From contig CAYLXA010000006.1 of assembly GCA_964387845.1 (NCBI GenBank), positions 64,001 to 128,000 on the forward strand: 64,000 bases of DNA. Direction: 5' to 3'. Source of the stretch: an uncultured bacterium. Its GTDB lineage: Bacteria > Omnitrophota > Omnitrophia > Omnitrophales > Abzuiibacteriaceae. Shown in pieces: positions 40,401 through 52,400 of the stretch. The translations under genes and the position numbers were made by a program. Position 1 is the first letter of the stretch; every line of letters begins with the position of its first letter. Below the pieces are notes generated by a model. It saw only the letters and a program-made list of their open reading frames with translations, made no database searches and had not been told where the DNA came from.

Positions 40401-43400
40401 CATATGTCGTCCGAGGATCTGCAAAATCTAATACGGTCTGCGATTGAAATTGCCAAAAAATTAGAAGCTGCACCGGGCGAAGCCCCGAATGAATTACAGA
40501 CAAAATGGGCTGCCATGTCTGCGCCCGGCACAAAAGCGGACGGCTCTGCGTTCTTGATGAGTGAACGTTGGCCGCCATTCCTGGAAATTCCTTTGCGGCA
40601 TCTGTTTACTCAGGAAGAAATCATACGCTCGAGAGGTTCTATCGCTGATAAGAATCTCAATTTATATCAAATCGGCGCCATTCTACTTTCCGCTATGCGC
40701 GAGCAAGCGGCTAAGGAGCTGGACTATCGGTTTGAGAACAATTTAGACGAACTGGTAAACGGTGTTGAAGCCTACAAACAAATCCGTGCCGGCTCCGGCG
40801 ATGCGTCAGCTGTGCAGCGCTATCTAAGTTGGTATAGGAAATGGGTGATCCCCGTAGGCAGTGCCGAGTCACTATTTTCAACCGGAGTTCTCCTTTACCG
40901 TCCTTGGGTTAAATTCCAAAGAGCCGGGGATCAGGAAATTAACATTGATGACATCAGACAGCATTGGTCGTTTGTGTCAACGTCATTTGTGAAGCATATT
41001 CAAAAATCCGAGAAATTTCAGGCAATCGCGCAATATTTAGGTCTGGATCCGGTTGAGTTTTTTGACAGTCAAAAAGATCAAGGCAGGCTCTACGCCATTA
41101 TTTCAGAACTGCTTAATACCGGCATTATTAAGACGCTGCCGACAACCGAAGCCGAACTGGAAGCTCTGAACGCCGAAATTGATCATTTCTTTGGCGAGCT
41201 CATGCCTTTGATTGAAGAACGCAAGTATTTCTACCTGACCGTAGGCGCTCTTCCGAATTACAGTGATTTAACCCAAATGCAGCATTACACCGCATTGGAC
41301 GGCAGATTAACAGGAACCGGCGGAGCGGAACTGCCATTCGCTAAATTCCAAGAAGATGCAGCGCGGATGGAAGACGGTATCGGCAAGTTACAAAAACTCT
41401 TACCTTCCGATATTATTTTTTATCAGCAAGTTAAAGAGGCGAAAAATGTTTTGGATGTTATCAAGAATGCCTCCGATTACTCTCAAATTTCAGACTTAGA
41501 AGGTCTCATGGACCATTTGCGAGAAATCGTGGACTACGCCCGCGAAACCTATGCGTCGTTGCTGCTGGGCGATGCCTACTATCATTATGGATTTTTCCGG
41601 GAGAATAAAGCAGTGCTGGTCCAGTTAAATTTAATAGATAAAAAGGATCTTAACTCCAAGGGGGCGCTGAAGCCGGATAGCTTGCGGCCAGTTACGCAAA
41701 AGTATAACCAGCTACTTCTCCATTCAAAGGATTACATTGAGCATTTTTACTTGGGTAAACCAATTGATTTCTCAAGCATGGATCAAATTGGTGTTTGGAA
41801 TGCGCTTGCGCAGACCAAAGCCGCCGGTTTGGATGATACGGTTTTCTCTGCGTATTTGAATTGGGCAAGCCGAATTGCAGGTATTCGTGAGAAAAGTGCG
41901 CTGTCCGATGCTAACCGCGAGCTTGCAGCGCAATTATGGAAAATCATTCCGGGACTTCAAGATAAAATATCAGAACAAAAATATGCGGAAGCTCTCGCAT
42001 CAGGCCTTGCGGTCCATATTCTTTTAAATCCCGAGCTGACCGAAGCTGATTTGATCCAGCTCATACAAAATATCAAGGCAATGTTGCAGAATCCGGAGTT
42101 GGTAGAGAGCGTTATACGAGAGTCACAGTCGGAGCTGGAAATTATATACGGCGAATTACGCTCCATTGATTTAACACGGCAGAAAGATTTTGGCATTTTC
42201 TTCAACGCATTTGCGGAAGCCCATGAATTGGGATTCAGCCAGTTTCTGGTCCGTCATCAGAGAACTATGAATTTGATTCAAGAGCATCAACGCATCCGGG
42301 AGCAGGAGAAAGGCACCGGCTCTCGAGCGGAAACCGCTTTGAGCCGCGCTATCCTGATCGGCAGTCAAATTGAAAGAGTTAAGAACGGTGACGGCGCAGT
42401 ACAGATTGATGAAATCTCATTCTTCCAAAATCAAAAAGCGCGCAATTCGGTCATGTGGGTTTTGAGCGGCATGGCAGACGAAGGTGTTGATCCTTTTGTT
42501 TTGAAATCTGAAGCTATTTTGGATTTTCTTAGGGAATTTTATTCAGATCAGCCGGTTCGTTACGATCATCTTGGCCGTGTTAGCGTGGATGCCGAGTCGA
42601 AAACAGCTGTGGAATTAGCAGCCGAGCTTGCTCGTGAGCGTGAAGTTGTATTTCAAGGCCAGGACGCACTCACTATTTCGGCAGAAGGCATCAAGCAAAG
42701 CCGTGTGATTTGGAACCGGGTGATGGCAGAGTTGGGCGGCATGGCGGACGAAGGCCTCCAAACCTGGATCCAAAAGCATCGCGGCAGCGATAAGCAAATC
42801 GGCGTCTTTCCAATGCTCTCAAACCGCGAACAGTTGAACAAATTATTTCCGTCTATTGAAGCATTCTATCAATCTATATTTGGAGCTGCCAATACACCCG
42901 AAATCAATCCAGAGACTTTCAAAGCCAATAAAAGGGTACAGATGCTTGTCACAGCCTGGTTGGGTTCGGCTGCTGAAGAGGGATTGGCAGAATGGAACGC
43001 CAAAAGCGATGTGATTGCTCGAATATTAAGCAATCCTGAAGAAAGAAAGCAAGTGATCGAAGCAACGCGGGAATATGCACATGCTCTGGAAAAAATATTG
43101 AAGATTGATTATCCGGAAATCAGCGAACAATCTTTGGTTGATGATCGCCGCGCGCGCGCTTTGGTTTTGGCTTGGACGGGCGCGCAGCAAGAGGACGGAA
43201 AAGTAAAATGGGCACGGAAAAACTCGGATATCATCACTTTCTCAGAGCGAGTCAATGCGCAAGCCGATTTTGCGGAGGGATTGGATAATGTCACGAGGCA
43301 TTATTATGAGGCCAAGTATGGGGAAGCGGTCGGCAGGTCCTGGACGCCGAGCCAACGAGGCCAGCAAGTCGGTTTGATTTTCATGCTGGCACGCCAGTAT

Positions 43401-46400
43401 GTGGAAAATCCAAATCTAACGGATGGCCGGCTGATCGAGTATGTTAACGCAATGGCTGATCTTGCCCCTGTCTTTATCGGAAGAGATGCATCATCCCGTT
43501 CGTTTGATCAATCCAGAATTCATCAAACCTATTTGAGGCTGATTGGTGAGACGAAATCGCGCCATGATCAGCAGCATGAAATGGGATGGGTTGATGCAGA
43601 ATTGGCGTATATGGCCGAACTGATTGGCTGGGATGGAGTTAATTGGAAGAAGCGAGACCGCTGGCGCTCACTAAGTTCTTCCGAAAAAATCGAGCACCGC
43701 TATCGAGTGCTCGAAAAAGCGACGGACCCTGTGATCCAGCAAGAAGCCAGGGATTTGATGGCGCTGGTTTCTTCCAAATCTTCGGATCAATGGGATCTGC
43801 GCGCTCATCCTTCAGACTTGGGCTTTTTGGTGACATGGGCAGACATGAAAATGGAGGCCGGGGAAGCAACCGATCTTTTCGGACAATACCGGCATGTGAT
43901 TGATTCTTCGGCATTCAGCCGTTATTTAAAGGAATTTGATATTGCCCAAGAATTCCGAAAGGAACTTGCGTCGACTTTTTCTGAAGTTGTGAAGAAGGCG
44001 AACGGGGAAGACGCGGACCGAAACCAAATCGAGCGTTTTTATGAACTCATGGGCCGCGTGTCATCTTTTGCGAAATTTACATCACTGCAATTTGATCAAA
44101 AAATAAAAGTCAATTTGGAAGTCATCGATGCGCTGAAGCGCTATTATGGCCAGTCTGCTTCTGATTCCAGCCAGGCAATGATCGACGGCGTCATTGATTT
44201 GTTATCCGTCCTTAAGATTGAGCCGGTTGAGCTGGCCGGAATGCAAGCTGAGAATTATTATCAACTCCGCGAAATGATGTACCTCATGGCAAAGATTTCT
44301 GAATACCGCAGAAACCGCGAGATGGCAAATGACGGCCCCGTTCCGCAAGCCTATGTTGAAGATATGAAAAGGGAATATAGGTCTGTTTTTGTTGAAAGTA
44401 TGCTGCCGGGATTTGCGCAGAAAATAGTGCCGGCCAAACACGGAAAATTGGAAAACTGGATCGGTGATTTTGAAAGCATTATCCGTGAATTGGCTGATTA
44501 TCCCATAGAGCTTGAGAGCAGCGATGCAATTTCTCAATATAATTTTGCGCGATTCCTGAAAAATCTAGAAGAGGAAGGCATTGTGCTTGATGACGCGTCA
44601 GTTAAAATTTACGAGCGGGTGTTCAAGCAGTACCAGCTCATGGGCCTCGCAAGCTGGTGGCTTGATCAGAAGCTTCCTGAGGCCGAGGAGCAATTTACGC
44701 TTTCTGAAATTAAAGAAAGGATTCAGAGAAAGAAGCTTGTCTGGGCTCTGAATGAGAAATACTGGAATTCAGAAAGTTTGCACATGCCAGTAACTGCGGA
44801 CGAGATATCATTCTTGGCCGATTTAGAGCTTTACGAAGACGAGTATGAACACTTTTTTAGAATGAGTGCCCTTTTCCAGAACTGGGCATCAGCTCACTTG
44901 GGCCGCCATCTTTTCTTTGATGAAATTATCTACTTCTATTTTGCTCCCGGTAAATATTTCGGTGACCTGGTCATGCCATTCCGCGGCGGCTTGTCTCGGC
45001 TTTTAACTTGGGGCCAGGACCCCGATTTGCTCTCCAGGTTTAGAGCGAAACATTTATTTGAAAATGTTTTAACCGGACCCGAACAAGCGCTTTATCAAGT
45101 GGCCATGAATCGAGAGAATGAAGAAAGGCGCTTTATTTTGTGGCATGGACAGAAACAGTTGCTAAGAGTGATTGGGCTGGGCCCGGATTATGAAGATTAC
45201 TGGTATGACATTCTGCATGAAAAGCAAACGCTGGGCGAATATGCAAGCGAGAAATATCTTAAAGAGTTGTTGGTAATGGGGCGTGTTCTGAGCGAGGGTG
45301 TTCGATGGCTTGCACTCGGCAATCACTTTTCATATGACGACAACATGCTGACTGATGAATTTAAGCGGAATCAATACATCATTTTAAGGCTGCTGACACG
45401 CCGCGAATACCGCATATTGACTTCAGATGAAGAGAAAATGAGCATCAAAAAGTTGATTGAGTATACGCGCGATCAAACCAAAAACAAGAAAGTCGAAATT
45501 GAAAATCCTTCGGAATGGGTTGAATCGCTAAAGGAATTAGCCCGAGCCCATAATCGTGTTATTGAAACCGAGCAAGAGCTTAAAGAAATCATTAAAAGTA
45601 TTTTATGGGATGCGGAAACGATTATCGACGAAGCTGATCGCGAATACGATGTGAAGCTTGATCAGGATTCTGTCCTGAAAGTAATCATGGAGCAGCGCAT
45701 CAACGGAGAGCTGCATCAAATCACCAAAGCAGAAGAAATGATTACAAAACATTTCGCCAATTCAGTTATTGGCAGGAATTCGATCGAATTGAGCAATGAA
45801 GAAAATCAGATGCCTGTCTCTGTATTGATTGAAAAATGGCTCAACGATTATGAACTTCAAAATACGCCGATTGCAGGCCTGAAAGACCGCTGGATATTGG
45901 CTGCCAATGACAGATCGTTGGATTATGTTTCGATTAAGACGATCTTTTCAGACCTTAAAACAATGCAGGACGCTTGGCGTAATGCGCCGCTGTTTAGGCC
46001 GATGGATTTAATCGAGTCATTAAAACTTGTGAATAAAGTCCGGCGCTTTGGTTTGGATAATATCGGCATTGTGGAGCCTGAAATATTAACGCCCGTTCAA
46101 AGAACGGAAAAATATAAGAAGAATAAGAAATTGTTTTTAGGAATGATCGGAAGCGATTTGATCGCGGATTCAACACAGCAAATCGCCATTCTTTTCAACC
46201 AGCAAACTAAAAACTGGAGCATTCAAAAAACAATTGACGATCTTGAGAAAGACAAATCAATTGAAACAAAACAAGAAAGCTTCCGCTTGATCCATGGTGC
46301 CGCCGTTGTATTGGTCCTGTCTCTTATTTTAGTAACCATTCGGGCGCATTATTTGAAATGGAGACAAATGCAGTCGGCTAAGAAGGCAGGGCTGCCGACA

Positions 46401-49400
46401 CCGCAAACGCCGTATCGCCAGGGTTTGTTCAAGAAAGTGAGCGAATCGGTTAAAGGGTTTTCGCCTTTGACTTGGGTCAATATTATTTATTTTGCCTCGG
46501 TGTTGCTGATCGCCGGCTCTATGTCGTGGGCTTACTTTGTTGCGCACGCTTGGGCAATTTCACATTCAACGTTTTCGACTTTGATGGTCATTATGTTTTC
46601 TTATTTGAGTTTAACCAACGCTCACATCTTGGTTGATCGTCTGATTACGCTCCCAAAATTCAGGGACCGATTATTTAGAAAGCAGCCTGTGGATGATGTA
46701 AAAACACCTAATTTTAAAGATGCTTTCCGTGCAGGAAATTTTCCTCCCGGGCATCAGGCGGTTGTTGCCATTATCACTCAAGCCAAAGGGAACACTTTTG
46801 GGAAGCTTGATCAAAGAACCGGCGAGTTGAAAGGGCAAGTGATTGAAAATTTAATGGTCTCATTAAAGAATAATCCCGGCGTGCCCGGTGTCATTATTCA
46901 GGCCGGACAGGATTTGGATGATGTAGAAACGAACCGGCAAATCCGCATGATCGAGGCGCTTGAGAAGGCGTTAGGAACGCGCGTTTATTATTTCAGGCGC
47001 AATAATTTATTTTCGGCAGGTGATATCAATCTTGAGAAGAAATTCGGTGCTTTCCAGGAATATATGCGATTTGTCGGTGACGGAGCTATGTTTGCCGAGA
47101 ATGAAACCGATCAATATCCGGGCCGTCACTTTGGCTTGGATGTTACGAAGAATGTGAGTTGGGTTGCGGGTTGGACAGTTTTAGCAGCAACGCTTTTCAA
47201 TGCATTAATTCCCGGGCTGTTATTGAATCCTCTTGGGCTTGTCGTTGGCATTCTGGGAATTTCTCTTGGCGTTGGGTATCTTTGGACTTTGTGGAAATAT
47301 GGGCAAGCGAAGCGAATCTCAATTAAGACCATTGTCGGAAAGAATGAGCTCTCGGCGTTGACGCGTTCAACCCTTCCATATTATGACGTCATCTACGGCG
47401 ACTTAGGAGCGATCGGTTTTGTCGATATGGAAAGCGGACAATCTCTCCAAGGAAGCAGGACTTGGCGTGCGGACGAGGCATATTGGCAAAAAATAAAATT
47501 AGACACTGAACACCCGAACAAAATTTGGCTTTCATTTATCTTGGACGACAAAAACAAAGTTGGCATGAACTCTACCAACGAAGACACGGAGGGTCTGACA
47601 GAGGCGGATCGATGGCTGCGAGACCGAATGAAAGTTGAGAACCCTCTTGAGCGGCGCGAACAAAATGCCTATTACGAAGCAGTTCGAAAAGCAGCGGAAA
47701 CGATGTATCGCGAAAGTTGGGCAGCCATGGGGCAGCCCGTTTATGAAATTGGCAACCCGAATGCCAGCATGTTTTCGGAGATGCTTTCAATTGCTGCCCG
47801 AGTCGGTGAATTTTATGCGGGCGCGCAGAAAATATTCGGCCGCGGACGGGCGAATTTTACCGGCAAAGGGCCCGTTGTCGTGGACAGGTGGCTGCATGGA
47901 ACGCGTGAACGCCATCAGAAAATCATGTGGGGTTTCGGCTTGGGCAGTATCGGCGGTGTTTTGGTGGGTGCGCTGATTTCGTCTTTGCTCTTTGGTGTTG
48001 GGAATATCGGCTTCGGAATGCTAATTGGATATTTCTTGGGCGGAGCAATCCTCGGGAATTTTGAAATGCGGTACGGAACCGCATACGGCGTTATTTATTA
48101 CGGAGAACTTTCACATGATTATGCGGAAGGCGGCAGTGTGGGTGCGGCCTATCTCAGCAATGTCGGAATCACGGAAGATGCAACAACGGATTTGGCTAAA
48201 GAGAACGAGCGCGGCCCAACGCGCTGGTTCCAAGGCGTTATCCCGTACTGGCGTCATCAATTTGGCCCGGGCTACACACTCATTGATCGTTGGATGATGT
48301 TTCTGGCGGAGAAAATGTATTTAAATGATACGTTGTTCCTATTTTGGTTAATAGGCGGATTTGTCGGGATTACGTTTTCCGGTTTGGCTGACACTTTCTA
48401 TCCAGTGGCGCGTCTTCAAGAATATTCAGAACCTCTTTATGCAATGGGGTTGTATATATTGAACATGTTGGTCATCATAGGTTTTGCTAACTTTGTTGGA
48501 GCTTTTTGGAAGAGCGCCGATAACGCAGGCGTCGCTACTTCTAAGGAGAGGTTCCAGGCAATTGCTCGTTCCACGATGATTTATCTCAACAAACCCTTTA
48601 TCACGACCGCATACGCAATTCCGAACTTGTTCCGCGTATTAGTCGGCGGCGAACATCCGAGAGCGCGCGATTGGGCTCCGGAGCACAAGCTTAGGGCATT
48701 GGTTTTTGGATCACTTATTGGGGCAATTAATTTACTCTTACTTGCCAACCTTTTTGTCGGCTGGGTGTCGATTTCGTGGATGGTGCCGGCGGCAGTTTTT
48801 GTGGCTTCATTTTATGCGATTCATCGTTTGGCGGGGCGGTATATTCCGGTAGCCCGAATTTTTGCGGAACTTTTATATTTAACTCTCAAATTTTCTCTAT
48901 TTGCTATTCCAATCGTGGTTTTATCGGCCTATTCGTATATAAATGAACCTTTAGTGGCTTTTCTCGAGAAATTCTCGTTCATCAGCTTTATCAGCGCACC
49001 TATCCAGGCGCTCTTGATTCAAATTTTCGGAACTATCATTTTAGAGGCCAAAGCATTGAAATGGATTCGTGAACTTGAAGAAATTTTAAAAGAACCGCTG
49101 CCTTGGAGAGGGTTTACGCTGGTCGCCGGGTCGAAGGGGCCTTTGAAAATGTATGAATCGGCTGTGATGGTAAAGTGGTCGTTGATTACTACCGTTGCGG
49201 TGATTTTATCCCACGTAGTCATCACCTCTAACTTTTGGGTTATTTCAGGATGGGGAATTCCTCTCTTCGTGTCCTGGTCAATTGGGTGGTTTTATGTTTG
49301 GTATACCTCAAAAATGATGCCTGATTTTGTTCGTGAAACAAAAACAGATAAATCCGGAGAAGTCATTAAAGATGCTCAAGGTAAAGCCAAACTATTCCCG

Positions 49401-52400
49401 CGGCTATGGAAATCTATACCGAAACTGGCCATCGCCGAACTTGTAAAGACTTCGAAGAATAAAGAAGATAAGGAGATAATCAGAATCGGAGATGTGCAGA
49501 TTAAAATGGAAGACATTCGATGGAGGACGGTCCCGACCATTCTCTTTCTTTATACGAAAGAAGCCCTGTCTCTTAGCAGTATGAAGCAAAATTTGAATCC
49601 AAGTGTTCTTTGGAAGAAAATTAAATCTGCGCCTGCGCGGGCAGACCATTGGGCAAATGGTCTTTTTATGCTCGGAGTGGTGTTCGGCACTTTCCTATTT
49701 TTGGGTGTTGTGATCGGCACTCCGCTTTATTTATGGTTCGGGACCGGTCACTTATTTTTACCAACCGCATCGTTCTGGTCGAAGGTCGGAATCGTTTGGC
49801 AGTATTACATCGGAGCCGTAGTTGCCGCTCTGGTGTTGCCGGGCGTGTTTGGCCATTTATTTGCATTGACCGTATTTCCGCTGGTTTGGATCAATCGCCA
49901 ACTTGTCTTAATTAAAACGTTCTTCACGAAGGTTGTTGATACCAAGGGGCCTAATTTTAAAAAGGGCCATGACGACAAAGGATCGCCCGAAAGTATTCAA
50001 GAAGGCGTGCAAAATGTTCAACTCGAAGTTGCTAACTTTATTTCTCAAATTTCAAACCGCAAGATTTCAGGATTTGCCGATGAAGTGATGAGAGAAAAAG
50101 ATCCGGTCAAAATATTCGACATGTTCTTCAATCTGGATGCTTTTAAAATATGGAAATTTAGGATCGGCGGCAGTCTTTTCAGGTGGATTCATCAAGTAAA
50201 AATGAAGCGAGAAGCTTGGCGGATGAGTCAGCGTCCAGACGATTATATGTCGGTTGCACAACATCAGAACGAGATGTTTATTGCCTTAAAGGCGCTTTTT
50301 GAAGGCCGTACAGATTTTCTGAATCAAAAGACTTTTGATAAACAGGCTTTAGATTCCGCGCTCTTGAAGCGGCTACAAGAAAGCGTGGACAGTTTGAGCG
50401 AGAGAGAAAAAACATTGCTTGCCTTGACGGTTGTGCTCAAAGATTTTGGTAAAATCGCGACTGCAGGCCCCCTGGACCCTGTTGCAGGTTCGAATATCGT
50501 AGAAAAATTGCTGACAAAGCTCCAATTTGATCCGAAAGATGTCCACTTTATCAAGCAGCTTATTCTCAGAAACCGCGAGCTTGGGTCATTGCATTGGGGT
50601 GAAAAAGACCCGCTCAAGATTTTATCCGGTTTGGAAGTTGAAAAAACAGAGCTATTTCTAAAACTGCTGACCATTATTTATGTGGTGGATGTTTCGGCGG
50701 TAGGCACGGGAAAGCTAACCTCCACACATTTAAGTAATGCATTATTTATGCAGGATCAAAGCAACCTTTATTCCTTTGCTTTGACCTGGCCCGAGTTTCG
50801 CGCGGCAAGTTTTTATAGTAAAGCCGCAGGGCAGGTATTGGATTTAAACCAGCCGCAGTTTACCAATCATATAGATCCGGTTTTGTTGCAGGAAATCAAA
50901 GAGAGCGGCGGAAATTATGATTTCCGGGAATTTATGTATAACGTTACATTTCAAAGAGCGATCAATATTTTCCGCTATTTTGTCCGGAACGGACACCCCG
51001 AAAATGTCACCAAACTTTTATATATCTTTTTCAGGCTGTATCAAATTACCGGTATGAAATACATCGGAATTTTGGATGACAGCGAGCCGGTAGCCGAAGC
51101 TTTGGATAAAAAACTGTCCTCGATTTCATGGGAGGAGCTCCGGTTTGCTCGTGTTGAAGCCCCGTCTGTTGAAGTGAAATTGCAGAAAGAAACGGAGTGG
51201 GATACGACGCGGGATACTGTCTATGCTATCGAAAAGAGCACGGTGGTGGTAAGAAAGAAAACAAATTTAGATACCGTAGAAACCGTTCTGAGCCTGCCTT
51301 TTCAATATACGGATGACCACCAGCAAGTTCTTATTAACGCAGATCCGGACCCGTCCCCCCGCTCAGAGCTTCGCCAAATTAAAATCGGTGATTTGACATG
51401 GCTTTCTTCTATCAGTGAGTTTCAGAAACTCAAGGCTACAAACCCAGCTCGCGCAGCTCATATGGCAGAAGTGGTTCGATATTTTAAAGCATTTTCCGAA
51501 GGTGATTTTGCCTATTTTGCGGAAAGGCTGCAAGATCGTGCTGCAACTCAGCCGGACAAAATTGCAAGGTTTGAAACAAAGATGAGTGATCTCAAGAAGA
51601 AATTCGATAGTTTGAACGATGACCAGCGTTTGGCGCTGTGGCTTGCGGTCAATCTACACGATATCGGCTATTTAACCGGCGGAAGCAAAGACGAGAGCAC
51701 GCGAGGTTCCGTCTTGGCTGAAGAAATTTTGACACGGGAAGGCGTAAAGGAATCTGTAGTTGACCTTGCAAGCCGGATCGTGCTCGCGCATGAACTGTTG
51801 GGCAATGTGGTGGTCGGAGAGCGCGCACCGCAATCGGCCTGGCCCAGCATCGCGCCGTTATTTGATTTTCTGCAAATCCACACGGTGGTTGATGTGGCTG
51901 GTTATGGGTTGATGACTACTTATGTGTTGGATTGGTTTTTGGAAGTCAAAGACAAGTTAGAGCAGATTGCACAGACTTTTGATCAATATAGGTTGGAACG
52001 TTTGGTCAAGCCGGCTCCTAATGCTGATGCTATTAGTGCAGATGCTCTGGAGCATTTAAACGATGCTATCCGAAAAATTTTTGGAGATGAAGAAGAGATT
52101 TTGCGTTCTGTGCTGCGAAGCCGAGTTGAATTTTTAAGCCGCTCCAGCACCATTGCCCGCAAATTGGCTGCAATAGATCCTTCATATGAAGGTTATGCCA
52201 AATTTATGCGCATGGCCGGGCATCTCGCTCTCTTGGCGGGTGAGGACGCCAGCATTTCTGTTTTCAGCGATTTAGATCGGTTTGATGGCCGGCCCACTTC
52301 TAAAAAGGATATGGATCAGGCGTTGGAAGCTATCGCTCAGCGCATATTAGAATTGCCAAACACGATCAGTATTACGGATGCACGGTATCATTTGGAAGAG

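Noticed and set aside
51560-51700. HD-domain-like motif (LALWLAVNLHDIGYL, plus a weaker LLALTVVLKDFGKI ~1.2 kb upstream) in the C-terminal soluble region of the giant protein
   Set aside because: The H…HD…D metal-binding spacing is not reproduced. There is no upstream His at the expected distance and no downstream Asp context. This is too little to call a phosphohydrolase domain without a profile search.
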